From the IMG/VR virus record IMGVR_UViG_3300044613_003770, positions 21,304 to 85,303 of that record: a stretch of DNA of 64,000 nucleotides; one strand, 5' to 3'. This stretch comes from a virus. The first letter of the stretch is position 1. Each line of letters opens with the position of its first letter. The notes below the pieces were generated by a model. It saw only the letters and a list, made by a program, of their open reading frames with translations. It searched no databases and had not been told where the DNA came from. A program made the position numbers and the translations under genes. Positions 34,349 to 45,559 of this stretch are shown here, one piece after another.

Positions 34349-36164
34349 AATTAATGAAGAATTGATGAATAAAGAAGGCTTCTTGGAAGATACAGAAGCT
34401 AAAATATTATTTTATAAATTTTTAAGAGAAAACCCATCATTTGCTTCAGAATTAATTACTGGAGTTAAATTATTTCCATTCCAACATATGTCAATTAAAG
34501 CTATGATGGAAACTGATTACTTTTTAGGCATATGGAGTCGTGGTATGAGTAAATCTTTCTCAACTGCAATTTTTGCAGTATTAGATGCCATTTTACACCA
34601 AGGCATTCATATAGGTATCATTAGTAAATCTTTTAGACAAGCTAAAATGATTTTTAGAAAAATAGAAGAAATTTCTCGCAGCCCAAAAGCTGTATTTCTA
34701 TCCCAAGCAATCACGAGGGTTTCCAAAAATAATGATGAATGGGTTATGGAAATTGGTCAAAGCAGAATAACGGCGCTGCCTTTGGGTGATGGCGAAAAAC
34801 TGCGCGGCTTCCGTTTCCAAAGAATGATTATTGATGAGCTTTTATTAATGCCAGAAAAAGTATTAAATGAGGTTATTATGCCGTTCTTGTCTGTTGTTGA
34901 GAATCCAACCGAAAGACAAGAAATACATGATCTTGAAACAAAAATGATTGCTCAAGGCAAAATGACAGAAGAAGATAGAAAACAATGGCCAAACAATAAA
35001 ATAATTGGATTATCTTCCGCATCTTATAAATTCGAATATTTATACAAGCTATATTCTCAATACGAATCATTGATTCTTAATCCTAACGATCAAGATGGCG
35101 CTCATAGAGTTATAATGCATTTTAGTTATGATTGCGCTCCAGAGCAATTATATGATCAAAATTTAATTAATCAATCTAAAGCTACAATGAGTCAATCTCA
35201 ATTTGATAGAGAATTTGGAGCTATGTTTACTGATGATAGTTCTGGTTACTTTAAAGTAAGCAAAATGGCGGCTTGTACTATAGCTGATGGAGAAGGTCAG
35301 TGCGTTGAGGTTATAGGCGATTCTAAGTCAGAATATATACTCGCAATAGACCCGTCTTGGTCTGAAAGTGAAAGCTCTGATGATTTTGCTATGATTTTAA
35401 TTAAATTAGATAAAGATAAACCCAAAGGTACTGTAGTTCATAGTTATGCAATGTCTGGAACAAATTTAAAAAGTCATATTATTTATTTACATTATTTATT
35501 AACTTATTTTAATATTGTGAGTATAGTTGCCGACTATAATGGCGGTGTTCAATTTATTAATTCATGCAATGAAAGCGATATATTTAAACAATATAATTTA
35601 AAGTTAGATGCTTTTGATGCAGATTTTGATAATATTCAAGAATACGATAAAAATCTTAGAGATGCAAGAAATCAATACAATTTGCAAAGCAAAAAAATAG
35701 TTTATTTAAGAAAACCAAGTTCTCAGTGGATTAGATACGCAAATGAATCTCTACAATCAGCATTCGATCATAAACGAATTTTATTTGCTGGAGCTGCTAT
35801 GGATGACAATTATAATATACAGCGCAAATCAAACATACCAATTAAAGAATTAAAATTTTTAAGAAACAATGAAGAAGAACAAGGTGTTTCAGCAAAAATG
35901 ATTGATTTTGTTGAACATCAAAAAGATATGATGGATCTTATTAAAGTTGAATGTGCTTTAATTCAAGTAACAACTACGGCGCAAGGTACACAAAGTTTTG
36001 ATCTGCCTCATAATTTAAAAAAACAAAGAGGAGCCGATAAAGCTAGAAAAGACTCTTATTCTGCTTTAGTATTAGGAAATTGGATGATACCAATTCATTT
36101 CGACATGATGAATCAGAAAGCTGAAAATATACAAACCACATTTACTCCAATGTTTATAAATTAA
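34302..36164 (+). CDS. terL: terminase large subunit
   Basis: Q-motif LFPFQ, Walker A SRGMSKS, LRGFRFQRMIIDE, nuclease LAIDPS and RKDSYSAL. Confidence 0.88.
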   Translation: MAWITGVQKRRKRFPKINEELMNKEGFLEDTEAKILFYKFLRENPSFASELITGVKLFPFQHMSIKAMMETDYFLGIWSRGMSKSFSTAIFAVLDAILHQGIHIGIISKSFRQAKMIFRKIEEISRSPKAVFLSQAITRVSKNNDEWVMEIGQSRITALPLGDGEKLRGFRFQRMIIDELLLMPEKVLNEVIMPFLSVVENPTERQEIHDLETKMIAQGKMTEEDRKQWPNNKIIGLSSASYKFEYLYKLYSQYESLILNPNDQDGAHRVIMHFSYDCAPEQLYDQNLINQSKATMSQSQFDREFGAMFTDDSSGYFKVSKMAACTIADGEGQCVEVIGDSKSEYILAIDPSWSESESSDDFAMILIKLDKDKPKGTVVHSYAMSGTNLKSHIIYLHYLLTYFNIVSIVADYNGGVQFINSCNESDIFKQYNLKLDAFDADFDNIQEYDKNLRDARNQYNLQSKKIVYLRKPSSQWIRYANESLQSAFDHKRILFAGAAMDDNYNIQRKSNIPIKELKFLRNNEEEQGVSAKMIDFVEHQKDMMDLIKVECALIQVTTTAQGTQSFDLPHNLKKQRGADKARKDSYSALVLGNWMIPIHFDMMNQKAENIQTTFTPMFIN

Positions 36165-36217
36165 CTTTTTTAAAGTTAAAGTTAACTTTTTAACTTTATT
36201 GTGTAATATATATAGTT

Positions 36218-38179
36218 ATGTCTAAAAGGTCTTATAACAAGAAATCTCAATATTGGGAAAAGTTTAATAAAATTAATAATACATTTATACAAGAATCTCA
36301 GGCAAGTTTTAATCCAAGTTTATCGGGAGATCCTTTTTATGTATCAGATGCTTCTTATTCTCGCGTTTCAAATACAAGCAACACAAATACTTCAAGAATT
36401 AATAGGTCAGCAGTATCTCCAACTATAGACAGGTACAGCAGCATAAGAGGAGGTCTTTTGCCATACAACTATGCGATGGATGGAGTTAATGTTAGAGAAG
36501 CTATTGAATTATGTCAAAAAGCATATGCTAATGTGGCTATTTTTAGAAACGCAATAGATATTATGTCTGAATTCGCAAATAGCGAAATATTTTTAGAAGG
36601 TGGCAATAAAAAAAGTAGAGATTTCTTTTATGAATGGTTTAAAAAAATTAATTTATGGAATTTAAAAGATCAATATTTTAGAGAATACTATAGAAGTGGT
36701 AATATTTTTATTTATAGAATAGACGGAAGATTTCAAACAGAAGATTTTATTAAATTAATTAATTCTATATCTCCTATAAGTAGTGCAACTAATAAAATAC
36801 CATTAAGGTATATAATTTTAAATCCATTTGATATAATAGCAAAAAGAAGTTCAACATTCGCTATAGGAGCTTACGAAAAGATACTCTCTGAATACGAAAT
36901 GTCTCGTTTGCAAAATCCTTCTACAGAGGAAGATCAAGCTATTTTTGATAGTTTGCCAAAAGATGTAAAAGAAAATATCAAAAAAGGCGCTTATTATACC
37001 GATGGATTAAAAATCGAACTAGATCCAAAAAAATTAGCTTATTCTTTTTATAAAAAACAAGACTATGAACCTTTTGCAATTCCATTTGGATATCCTGTTC
37101 TTGAAGACATAAATGCAAAACTTGAACTCAAAAAAATGGATCAAGCAATTACAAGGACAGTCGAAAATGTTATACTTTTAATCACAATGGGTGCAGATCC
37201 TGATAAAGGAGGTATTAATGCACAAAATTTGAATGCAATGCAGAGTTTATTTAAAAACGAAAGCGTGGGGAGAGTTCTTGTTTCGGATTATACAACAAAA
37301 GCTGATTTTATTATACCAGATTTAAATAAGGTTTTAGGACCAGAAAAATATAAGGTATTAAATGAAGATATTAAACAAGGACTTCAAAATATAGTCATTG
37401 GTGAGGAAAAATATAGTGCGACAGAAGTCAAAGCTCAAATTTTTGTAGATAGATTAAAAGAAGCAAGACAAGCGTTTTTAAGCGATTTCTTGCAAAAAGA
37501 AATTAAAAGAATATCAAATGATTTAGGTTTTAGATCTTATCCAACTGCAGTATTTAAAGATATTGACATGAGAGATGAAACCCAATTGATGAGAGCTTCT
37601 ACGAGATTAATGGAATTAGGTATTTTAACACCACAACAAGGCATGGAAATGTTTCATAATGGTAAATTCCCTAAGCCCGAAGAAATTGCTCCAGCTCAAT
37701 CAGTATTCATCAAAGAAAGAGAAGATGGTTATTACAATCCAATTGTTGGTGGTATTCCAATGATATCACCACCAGAAAGTAATACAAAAGATAAAAATAC
37801 TACTAATAAAGTTTCTGGAAGACCAGAAGGGACAACAGGCATACCATTAGCTAAAGCTCAATTTTCAAGAAAAAACATACAAGAAATTGTTGGAGAAATA
37901 GAGTTGATTAGGAGTTTTGCAAAACAAGAAATTAAAAAAAGTCTCAATATAAAGAAATTTAACAAGGAGCAAGAAAATATTTTAGATAAGTTGTGTGAAG
38001 CTGTAATTTGCTCTACATCAATAGAAAACTGGAAAGAAGAATTATCATCATGTATAAAAAACTTTGATAAAATAGAATCATTAGGTGTAAATAGCAATAT
38101 ATTAGAAATTGCTAGTATACATCAATTAGATATATATCCAGCAGCAATTTTATTCCATAGCACTCAAAATGAAAATTAA
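36218..38179 (+). CDS. portal protein
   Basis: 653 aa directly after terL and before the protease/capsid genes; inferred mostly from synteny. Confidence 0.7.
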   Translation: MSKRSYNKKSQYWEKFNKINNTFIQESQASFNPSLSGDPFYVSDASYSRVSNTSNTNTSRINRSAVSPTIDRYSSIRGGLLPYNYAMDGVNVREAIELCQKAYANVAIFRNAIDIMSEFANSEIFLEGGNKKSRDFFYEWFKKINLWNLKDQYFREYYRSGNIFIYRIDGRFQTEDFIKLINSISPISSATNKIPLRYIILNPFDIIAKRSSTFAIGAYEKILSEYEMSRLQNPSTEEDQAIFDSLPKDVKENIKKGAYYTDGLKIELDPKKLAYSFYKKQDYEPFAIPFGYPVLEDINAKLELKKMDQAITRTVENVILLITMGADPDKGGINAQNLNAMQSLFKNESVGRVLVSDYTTKADFIIPDLNKVLGPEKYKVLNEDIKQGLQNIVIGEEKYSATEVKAQIFVDRLKEARQAFLSDFLQKEIKRISNDLGFRSYPTAVFKDIDMRDETQLMRASTRLMELGILTPQQGMEMFHNGKFPKPEEIAPAQSVFIKEREDGYYNPIVGGIPMISPPESNTKDKNTTNKVSGRPEGTTGIPLAKAQFSRKNIQEIVGEIELIRSFAKQEIKKSLNIKKFNKEQENILDKLCEAVICSTSIENWKEELSSCIKNFDKIESLGVNSNILEIASIHQLDIYPAAILFHSTQNEN

Positions 38180-38555
38180 TCCACAAGATATACAAGTTCC
38201 TCTTGAAAAAATAGTTAGTTATACTAATGGTCAAGTAGAAGTTTCTCTCGCAAAAATGAGTGAGGAAAAATCAGAAAAATATAAGAAATTCATGGCTACT
38301 TGCATGAGCAATGATAAATCTTATGTTGATACCGAAGGCATGGATAAAGACAACGCTCAAAAAGCGTGTGCTATGTATTGGGACAAATCAAAAGGCAAAA
38401 TTGAAATCGAGATTGAAGAAGATGAGCCTGAAGATGTGGAAGAGAAAGAAGATATGGAAGAAGGAGACGCTTCTGGCCAATCAACAAAAATGCTTTCTAA
38501 AAAAAATGCATCCAAAGAAGTTTTCGATGGTGAGACTTTAAAAATTAATAAATAA
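38169..38555 (+). CDS. acidic hypothetical head-module protein
   Basis: ORF with FMxxCM...AxxxCxxxW. Confidence 0.65.
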   Translation: MKINPQDIQVPLEKIVSYTNGQVEVSLAKMSEEKSEKYKKFMATCMSNDKSYVDTEGMDKDNAQKACAMYWDKSKGKIEIEIEEDEPEDVEEKEDMEEGDASGQSTKMLSKKNASKEVFDGETLKINK

Positions 38556-38563
38556 ATTTATTA

Positions 38564-40096
38564 ATGAATTATAAATATACTACAATATTTGAAGCTCCTG
38601 TTCAAGCTTGCAAAATAAGTGATAACTCATTTATCTCAAAAGCTTCTTTAGATAATCTGCATTCTTTTGTTCCCAAAGATATAGATTTTGAACAAAATAT
38701 TGATTTAATTGGTGTAGCATTTAATGCTGCAGTTGTTAATAAGTTCAATAAAAATGGCGATGGCATGGATACAGATACAGCCATAACATTTACCAAAAAC
38801 TTTTTACATAAACCGACAAACATAGAACATAATAAAGAAAAAATTGTTGGACATATAGCCAGTGCTGGATTTAGCAAATATGGATCAAGTGAAATTTTAA
38901 CCCCAGAGGAAGTAGAGGGTAAAAACGATATGTTTAACATAGCTCTTGGTGCTGTTGTTTATCGTTCTGCAAATAAAGCTTTTGCTGATCTATTAGAAAG
39001 ATCTACAGATCCTAATGATCCATATTATCAAAAAATATCGACAAGCTGGGAAGTCGGATTCACTGATTATGTTTTAGCTTTAGGAAGTTCAGATTTAAAA
39101 GATGCTGAAATCATTTCGGATGAAAAAGCAATTGATAGTTTGAAAAAACATTTAAGAATTTATGGAGGAAGCGGTAAAACAGAAGATGGTAAAAATATTT
39201 ATCGTTTAATAACTGGTAAAATTTATCCTCTAGGAATTGGTTTTACAACTAACCCAGCTGCAGATGTAAAAGGAGTATTTAAACCTCAAGAAAATCAACC
39301 ATTAATAAAAATTAATGATAAAAGAGATAAAAATACTAATAAAATTTCACAAAGTGAAAATATTAATGTAAAAAATAAAAACAAATTCATTATGGATATC
39401 GAAACAATGATCTCAGAATTAAAAGATCTTCTTATAGAGAAAAAGTTTTCTGAAGAGGCTGTCGCTTCTATGACTACTACTTTTGCTGACGCAATCAGAC
39501 AAAAGGACGAGCAATATCGTCAAGATATTGAAGCCGTTAAGTTAGAAAAAGAGACAATCGCAAAAGAACACTCTGAACTTAAAGAGTCTGTAGAAACGCT
39601 TCATAACAAACTTACAGAAGCGCAAGAAAAAATAAATTCTTTTGAAGCTACGCAAAAAGCTGAACAAGCTATTGCTAGATTTAATGAAAGAATGGATCTC
39701 ATTGATCAAGAGTACTCTCTTGAAGATGAAGATCGTGAATTTCTTGCTCAAGAGCTTAAAACTCTTGATGTAAATGAAGAAGCTTTTGCTTCTTTTAAAG
39801 AAAAACTTTCTATTCTTTGGAAGGATAAAAATAAAGAAGCTAAGGCGGCTTTTGAGGCTCAAATTCAAGCTCGTATTGATGCCGAGGTCGAAAAACGCCT
39901 TTCAAAAGTTTCAACTGCATCATTGAGTGATCCAGAAGAATCCGATAAAGAGGTATCTACAGAAGAAATTCTTGATAATGTAGAGACATCTGAAGCGGGA
40001 ATCGCTAATTCAAACGAAACAGCATCGAGAGACTCGATCTCTCTTCGTGATAAATTTGCTGCAGCTTTTAATCGTGAAAATATAACAATATCTTAA
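38564..40096 (+). CDS. prohead protease fused to a coiled-coil scaffold
   Basis: NKNGD, PTNIEH, STSWE, GIGFTTNPAAD; acidic coiled-coil C-terminal half. Confidence 0.7.
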   Translation: MNYKYTTIFEAPVQACKISDNSFISKASLDNLHSFVPKDIDFEQNIDLIGVAFNAAVVNKFNKNGDGMDTDTAITFTKNFLHKPTNIEHNKEKIVGHIASAGFSKYGSSEILTPEEVEGKNDMFNIALGAVVYRSANKAFADLLERSTDPNDPYYQKISTSWEVGFTDYVLALGSSDLKDAEIISDEKAIDSLKKHLRIYGGSGKTEDGKNIYRLITGKIYPLGIGFTTNPAADVKGVFKPQENQPLIKINDKRDKNTNKISQSENINVKNKNKFIMDIETMISELKDLLIEKKFSEEAVASMTTTFADAIRQKDEQYRQDIEAVKLEKETIAKEHSELKESVETLHNKLTEAQEKINSFEATQKAEQAIARFNERMDLIDQEYSLEDEDREFLAQELKTLDVNEEAFASFKEKLSILWKDKNKEAKAAFEAQIQARIDAEVEKRLSKVSTASLSDPEESDKEVSTEEILDNVETSEAGIANSNETASRDSISLRDKFAAAFNRENITIS

Positions 40097-40119
40097 TAAC
40101 AACAAACTAAACTAAAATT

Positions 40120-40740
40120 ATGGCACTTCGTATTTTACCATTCAGACAATATGACGAAAATGATGTAATTAACATGTTCGCTCTTGGCGATGCATATGTT
40201 AATGAATCAACAACGGGAAGTTCATTTGGTGACGCTGGCGTTTTTGTCGCTGTTGATGCAGCAGACTTTAATGCAGATCCAGTCACCTATGGAACGGATT
40301 CTTATCTTGGCAAAACAGATTATCCATTTGTTGGAGCTAATCAATACCCAAGTGTTTCATTGAAAGTTAAGCCAGCAGTTAGCGGAACCGCTCTCCTTGG
40401 TCTTACCCTCCGTCAAACAGCTAAGTTCGACGAAAATGGAGAAAAGCTTCTCTATTATCCACAGAAGAAGGAAGAGCTTCAGTGCGTTCTTCCAGGACAA
40501 GCTGTTCCAGTTGCAACACGTGGGGTATTTACTATCACAGCAGGAGCTTACACAGGCGCTCTTACAGTTGGTGGCGGTATCAAGCTTACTACTGGTGTAG
40601 CAGCAAGTGGAAAAGTTGGCGCTTGTCCTGTAAATGATCCAGCTCGCGTTGGACTTGTTATCGGAACTGGCTCAAGATCAAGCGGAACCATTACCGATGC
40701 ACTTGCAGGAAACTATGCAGTTATCGCACTTGGCTTATAA
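40120..40740 (+). CDS. capsid decoration/cement protein
   Basis: Gly/Ala-rich, GQAVPVATRG; between scaffold and major capsid genes; high-expression codon style. Confidence 0.6.
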   Translation: MALRILPFRQYDENDVINMFALGDAYVNESTTGSSFGDAGVFVAVDAADFNADPVTYGTDSYLGKTDYPFVGANQYPSVSLKVKPAVSGTALLGLTLRQTAKFDENGEKLLYYPQKKEELQCVLPGQAVPVATRGVFTITAGAYTGALTVGGGIKLTTGVAASGKVGACPVNDPARVGLVIGTGSRSSGTITDALAGNYAVIALGL

Positions 40741-40769
40741 TTTAAAAAAAGAAAGAAAAAATATTTAAC

Positions 40770-41891
40770 ATGAAAATTACTTTAAAAAGAACTCCAGAAC
40801 AAGTTGAGTTAATTAAGGCTATGGCTTCAAAGAACCGTTCGGTTGCTTATGAAGCTCAAGTTGCATTAGCTGAATTTATCGGTCCAGTATTGGCTGAAGT
40901 TATTAATAACGCTCCAACACTTAGCAATTTATTCACAACACTTCAATTTAATGCTGATGACAATCCAAGTATCCCACTTGATCTTTATTACGACATTACT
41001 GATGAAGATTATATCCAAGTTTATAGCCAAGCAGTTGCTGGCGGTCTCCCACAGAATCAAGTTCTCCCAACTGCTTCTGAAATGAAGATTGCTACATATA
41101 CTCTTGATTCAGCTCTTAGCTTTGATAGACGTTATGCAGCAAAAAGCCGCATGGATGTAGTTAGCAAAACATTTACTCGCATGGCTCAAGAAATTCTTCT
41201 TAAGCAAGAGAAAACATCTGCTAATCTTATTTTAACGGCCCTCGCAAACGCAACAACAAATGGCAAAGATCACATCATTAATGCAGGAACAAGCGGAAGA
41301 TTCCTTCTTAATGACCTTAATAGACTTTTTACCCTCGCTAAAAGAATTAATACTTCATTCAGCAAAGGTACTCCAGTTAGCCGCTCAAGCCGTGGTTTAA
41401 CAGATCTTATTGTATCGCCAGAAGTTGTTCAAGAGCTTCGTGCAATGGCTTACAATCCAATCAATACCAAGGGTTCACCTGCTGGTGGAACACCTACAGA
41501 TGGTATTGCTGCTCCAGAAGACATGAGAACAGCTATTTATAATAGCGCTGGTATTCCTGAGTTTTATGGTGTTTCGATCATGGAAGCTAATGAGCTTGGA
41601 GTTGGTCAGAAATTTAATACAATCTTTGGTGCTGTTGCAGGTGCAGGTTCAACGACAGCTCAAACCTTTGATGTTTCAAAAGAAATCATCATTGGTCTTG
41701 ATCGTAGCCGTGAATCTCTTGTTCGTGCAGTTGCTGTTGATTCGGATAGCGGTTCGGAGTTCTCCCTTACTGCAGACGATCAGTACAGCATCCGCCAAAA
41801 TAAGATCGGTTATTTTGGTAGCCTTGAAGAAGGGCGCATGGTTCTCGATAACCGCGCTCTTGTTGGTGTCATCGCCACTGGTCTTGCTTAA
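40770..41891 (+). CDS. major capsid protein (HK97-like)
   Basis: 373 aa, synteny, TDLIVSPE, IGLD, GYFGSLEEG.MVLDNRAL; strong terminator follows. Confidence 0.78.
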   Translation: MKITLKRTPEQVELIKAMASKNRSVAYEAQVALAEFIGPVLAEVINNAPTLSNLFTTLQFNADDNPSIPLDLYYDITDEDYIQVYSQAVAGGLPQNQVLPTASEMKIATYTLDSALSFDRRYAAKSRMDVVSKTFTRMAQEILLKQEKTSANLILTALANATTNGKDHIINAGTSGRFLLNDLNRLFTLAKRINTSFSKGTPVSRSSRGLTDLIVSPEVVQELRAMAYNPINTKGSPAGGTPTDGIAAPEDMRTAIYNSAGIPEFYGVSIMEANELGVGQKFNTIFGAVAGAGSTTAQTFDVSKEIIIGLDRSRESLVRAVAVDSDSGSEFSLTADDQYSIRQNKIGYFGSLEEGRMVLDNRALVGVIATGLA

Positions 41892-41907
41892 TCAAGACAA
41901 TTAAATT

Positions 41908-41940
41908 AAGGGTCGCCCTTGAGGGGGCGACCCTTTTTTT
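41908..41940 (+). terminator. rho-independent terminator
   Basis: AAGGGTCGCCCT-TGAG-GGGGCGACCCTT followed by a T run. Confidence 0.88.
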
Positions 41941-41974
41941 GTTTAATTATTGTTAATATAATATATAATATATT

Positions 41975-42412
41975 ATGAGCAAAAAAGTTGCAAAAAAAAT
42001 GAAGGTATCCTACGGCATAGATAGCAATTCAAACAATCAAGGATTACTTGCTGAATTAGATTACATGAAATCTATTGGAGCCACAAATACAAAAGAATTT
42101 AAAGAAAAAACCAAAGAATTAGAGATTTTATTAGGGGTTAATACAATTAATCCTTTTGGCACTAATGAATTAGATATTTTTGAAGACGATTTAAAATCAA
42201 TGTCACTTTCTGATATGAGGAAATTAGCAGAAAAAATTGGGATCAACTCAATGCAAGATAGACCGACATTAAAAACAATATTAATTAATGAGTTTAAAGC
42301 TTCTAATAGAAATAATCGTCGTAATATAATGCCAAATTCAATCAATAGTGTGATATTAGATCCTAAAAATCCACTTCATGCTGAAGCCCTTAAAATTTTA
42401 GGAGATATTTAA
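41975..42412 (+). CDS. hypothetical protein
   Basis: ORF; possible SAP/Rho-N-like helix MSLSDMRKLAEKIGI. Confidence 0.65.
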   Translation: MSKKVAKKMKVSYGIDSNSNNQGLLAELDYMKSIGATNTKEFKEKTKELEILLGVNTINPFGTNELDIFEDDLKSMSLSDMRKLAEKIGINSMQDRPTLKTILINEFKASNRNNRRNIMPNSINSVILDPKNPLHAEALKILGDI

Positions 42413-42432
42413 TTTTAAGTGTAAAATAAGGC

Positions 42433-42900
42433 ATGAACGTAATTGAAAGTTTATCATTAAGCATCTTCCAAACTGAGTTTGATGGAGATACAGGCATTAT
42501 GCCGCGCTCTTATATTTCAGGATGGCTCAGTGAAAATATAGGTTCTTTAAATACATTATTAAATACATCTTATAGTGGAATTGATTCAAATATAGATTTA
42601 GAGGCTCAAGCTATATACAAAGAATTATACTTGGCTCACTATTATAGAAAACAATCTAGAAACGCATTAAGGGGAATTATAGATAGCTCTAATGGACAGA
42701 GTGATATTTTAAGCCTTAAAGATGGAGATAGCTCTGTTACGTTTACAAATAAAAATGAAGTTGCAAAAGTTTATAAAAGTATGGCTGATGACTCACAAAA
42801 CCGCTTGAATAAACTTGTATCTCAATACAATATATATCAATCAAAACCCCTTCAAGTTGGCGGCATAGAGGGAGAAATTTTTACAGGTTTAGTCTATTAA
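42433..42900 (+). CDS. putative head-tail adaptor
   Basis: synteny; SLKDGDSSVTF hairpin; GTGTAA upstream. Confidence 0.5.
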   Translation: MNVIESLSLSIFQTEFDGDTGIMPRSYISGWLSENIGSLNTLLNTSYSGIDSNIDLEAQAIYKELYLAHYYRKQSRNALRGIIDSSNGQSDILSLKDGDSSVTFTNKNEVAKVYKSMADDSQNRLNKLVSQYNIYQSKPLQVGGIEGEIFTGLVY

Positions 42901-42908
42901 AACTAAAT

Positions 42909-42938
42909 AAAAAACCCCGCTTTTGGCGGGGTTTTTTA
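42909..42938. terminator. bidirectional rho-independent terminator
   Basis: AAAAAACCCCGC-TTTTG-GCGGGGTTTTTT between convergent genes. Confidence 0.85.
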
Positions 42939-42965
42939 TATTGTATTTATTTAAAATGTTATATA

Positions 42966-44081
42966 TTAAACAAATGGTTGTGTGGTATTAGCGCCACTTA
43001 CAAATACACCATGAAGACCATCGTTAGGTCCACCAATTTGTGTTGAGAATGTAAGATCAACTGTTTTATTTGAACCAATGCTTGAGCTAAATGATTCGCT
43101 ATCGAGTTTACAACCTCTAAGAGTATAAATCATTTTATCTGAAGAACCATCTGGTCCTTTAAGAGTTAATGTAATATCTTTCTCTGATTGATCATTAAGT
43201 ATATCAGCTAAGTTAGTAGCTGTGATTTCATTAACGATAGCATTTATTGAAAGACTTGCTGTGACTGGGAAATCAACAGCTCTTGCGTATGGGAATTTTG
43301 TTCCAAGTCTTTGTAATGCTGAACGTGAAAGAGGAAGTGACAGAGAAGCGCTTTGAATGTGGATGGCTTCAGAGCTGCTTGATAAATCAGATAAACCTGT
43401 TCCATCAAAACTAGTAATATCTACAGTAACATCTCCAGGTCTAAGAGCTGAAATATTGGATGCTCCACTATTAGCTGGTTTTAATACAACAATACCGTTT
43501 TGATATAAAACAGCACCGTTTTGAGGGTCAATAGCTGGAGATTGAATACCGCTAATAGCTCCACTTATTGTTGAGAATGTTGTGTCTGAGTTGATATTGG
43601 CCCCTTCCATTGTAACAGAAACTGTTGGGAGACTACCAACAGCTAAATCTAATGTATAATCAGAAAGATATGCATTACCAATGCCAATTACAGAATCTAC
43701 ACTAGTTACTCCAGTAGCATCGTTACCTTCTGAAACAGTAGAGATATAAAAGTTTTTTCCAGAACTTGCAGTCATATGTCCAGAAGCGAAATTTCCTTCT
43801 GATTGTAATGGGCTTGTTTTTACATAAAAACCTAAAGCTCTTTCATTGTATCCATCAGTAAGATAATAACTAAAATCTAAACTTACTGTTGGTGGTTCAA
43901 GAACTAATGAGTCAATTCTAGCTAATTGACCGTATTGATTTATATCTTGACGACTAATCGAAAAGTTATAATTAGCGCTTTGTACGCGCTCAAGTTGTGT
44001 ATGCTTTCCCGATGCAGTAGAATTTAAATTCTCGCTGACATAAAGAGCTTCCGATTGATAAATTACTCTATTTCTTGCCAT
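42966..44081 (-). CDS. putative major tail tube protein
   Basis: RVQSANYNFSISRQDINQYGQ, beta-rich two-domain protein; high-expression codon style. Confidence 0.65.
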   Translation of the reverse strand: MARNRVIYQSEALYVSENLNSTASGKHTQLERVQSANYNFSISRQDINQYGQLARIDSLVLEPPTVSLDFSYYLTDGYNERALGFYVKTSPLQSEGNFASGHMTASSGKNFYISTVSEGNDATGVTSVDSVIGIGNAYLSDYTLDLAVGSLPTVSVTMEGANINSDTTFSTISGAISGIQSPAIDPQNGAVLYQNGIVVLKPANSGASNISALRPGDVTVDITSFDGTGLSDLSSSSEAIHIQSASLSLPLSRSALQRLGTKFPYARAVDFPVTASLSINAIVNEITATNLADILNDQSEKDITLTLKGPDGSSDKMIYTLRGCKLDSESFSSSIGSNKTVDLTFSTQIGGPNDGLHGVFVSGANTTQPFV

Positions 44082-44132
44082 AATGGTGGTTGTTTGTTTT
44101 ATTTACAGTTATTTTCGCTTTTTGTGAAAAAA

Positions 44133-44981
44133 TTATTGATGCCTATATCTATGTTGTTGTATCTCGAAATCTATAAAACCTACATATAAATCATTTGCTA
44201 ATGATTTTCTAGCTTTATCTGTTAATTTAGATGTTGAAGCGTTATTTATATAAAAATTTTGATTATCAAAGAATTGATTTTTTAATTCGTTATATGAATA
44301 AATACTATTTTTAAGATCGCCAATTTCATTAATTGGGTGAGATGACATTGGTATGGATGCAAATACTTCATTTCTTGAATCAGCGAATATAGAAAGAACT
44401 CCATCCAACTGAAAAGAGTTTTCAGCCAAAACTACAGCTTTAGCTCTAATAGTTGTTTCCTCCATTCCGCCAAAAGCAAAGCCTCTATTTTCTACACCTT
44501 CAGTAGATAAAAAAATAGCTGGAACTACTTGATCATACGGCATTATATAGCTTTGTTTAAAATTTAAATTTCTAGAATTTATTTCATATTTATTTTCAAC
44601 AATAATATCCTCCTCTGTTTCGTTTGAAAAATAAATATTAAAATCTTTAACAGAAAACGATCCAGTAACAGATGAATTTTTATTCACCCCAGAAATTAAT
44701 GCTCTTCCATTTTCAAAATCTAATGAAACTCCACTGCTTCTGCCTAAAAACGAATTATTTACATAAACTCCACTTGGGATTATCGCCCCAGTTATTGAAG
44801 AGTCATTTACCCATTGTTTATGTGAGCTTCCAAATACTTTATATCTAGAATCCAATCTATCGTCATCATAATAATAAAAAGTTCCAGTAGTATTTGTGTA
44901 TGCCTGACCTTTGGTTAATAAATAATTATCAAACCATAAAAATAAAGAATTGGTAAGTTTATGTTGGAATTGTTCAATCAT
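44133..44981 (-). CDS. putative tail terminator/neck protein
   Basis: synteny upstream of the tail tube gene; PAIF...FAFGG. Confidence 0.5.
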   Translation of the reverse strand: MIEQFQHKLTNSLFLWFDNYLLTKGQAYTNTTGTFYYYDDDRLDSRYKVFGSSHKQWVNDSSITGAIIPSGVYVNNSFLGRSSGVSLDFENGRALISGVNKNSSVTGSFSVKDFNIYFSNETEEDIIVENKYEINSRNLNFKQSYIMPYDQVVPAIFLSTEGVENRGFAFGGMEETTIRAKAVVLAENSFQLDGVLSIFADSRNEVFASIPMSSHPINEIGDLKNSIYSYNELKNQFFDNQNFYINNASTSKLTDKARKSLANDLYVGFIDFEIQQHRYRHQ

Positions 44982-45559
44982 TTTAACGACATGAATTGTG
45001 TTTTATATTTTTTAAGAATTGCTGATATATATGAAGTGTTTTTATATTTGCCAGACCTAATCTTTACACTTGATTGTAGTGCAGCGCCAGATCTACTTAA
45101 AGATGTATCATTTTTTATAAGATAGCCAAGCCCAGAAATACCTTGTTCTATTCCTTTTGCCCAGCTTCTGCCGCTCGCCCAAGGCATTGGAGTTACAGCA
45201 AAAATATCAGATGGTTCTGGGAAAGATACTGTAAATAGAGAGCCTATTTCTATATCTTTTACAAATCTTATTTCTATATTTTCTAGAATATCCAAAATAG
45301 GTCTTATTGGGTCATCGCTACTATCAAAACCTATAAATGCAAACAAATTAGATTGCCCACCCAAAGTCCCACTTATATTTGAACCGTTTGGACCAAGTTT
45401 TATTTCTTGGGTTATTAAATGATTGTTAAACTCTAATAAAAGTTGATTTTTTAAATCTTTAAATTTATTAAAGGCGATAGTCTCAAAGTCTTTTCTTAAT
45501 ACCTTGGGAGCTTGGCTATTTAATATCCTTTGAACGTCTGCAGGGAGTTTATTCATCAA
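44978..45559 (-). CDS. putative neck/tail completion protein
   Basis: synteny; ATGA overlap. Confidence 0.5.
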   Translation of the reverse strand: MMNKLPADVQRILNSQAPKVLRKDFETIAFNKFKDLKNQLLLEFNNHLITQEIKLGPNGSNISGTLGGQSNLFAFIGFDSSDDPIRPILDILENIEIRFVKDIEIGSLFTVSFPEPSDIFAVTPMPWASGRSWAKGIEQGISGLGYLIKNDTSLSRSGAALQSSVKIRSGKYKNTSYISAILKKYKTQFMSLK

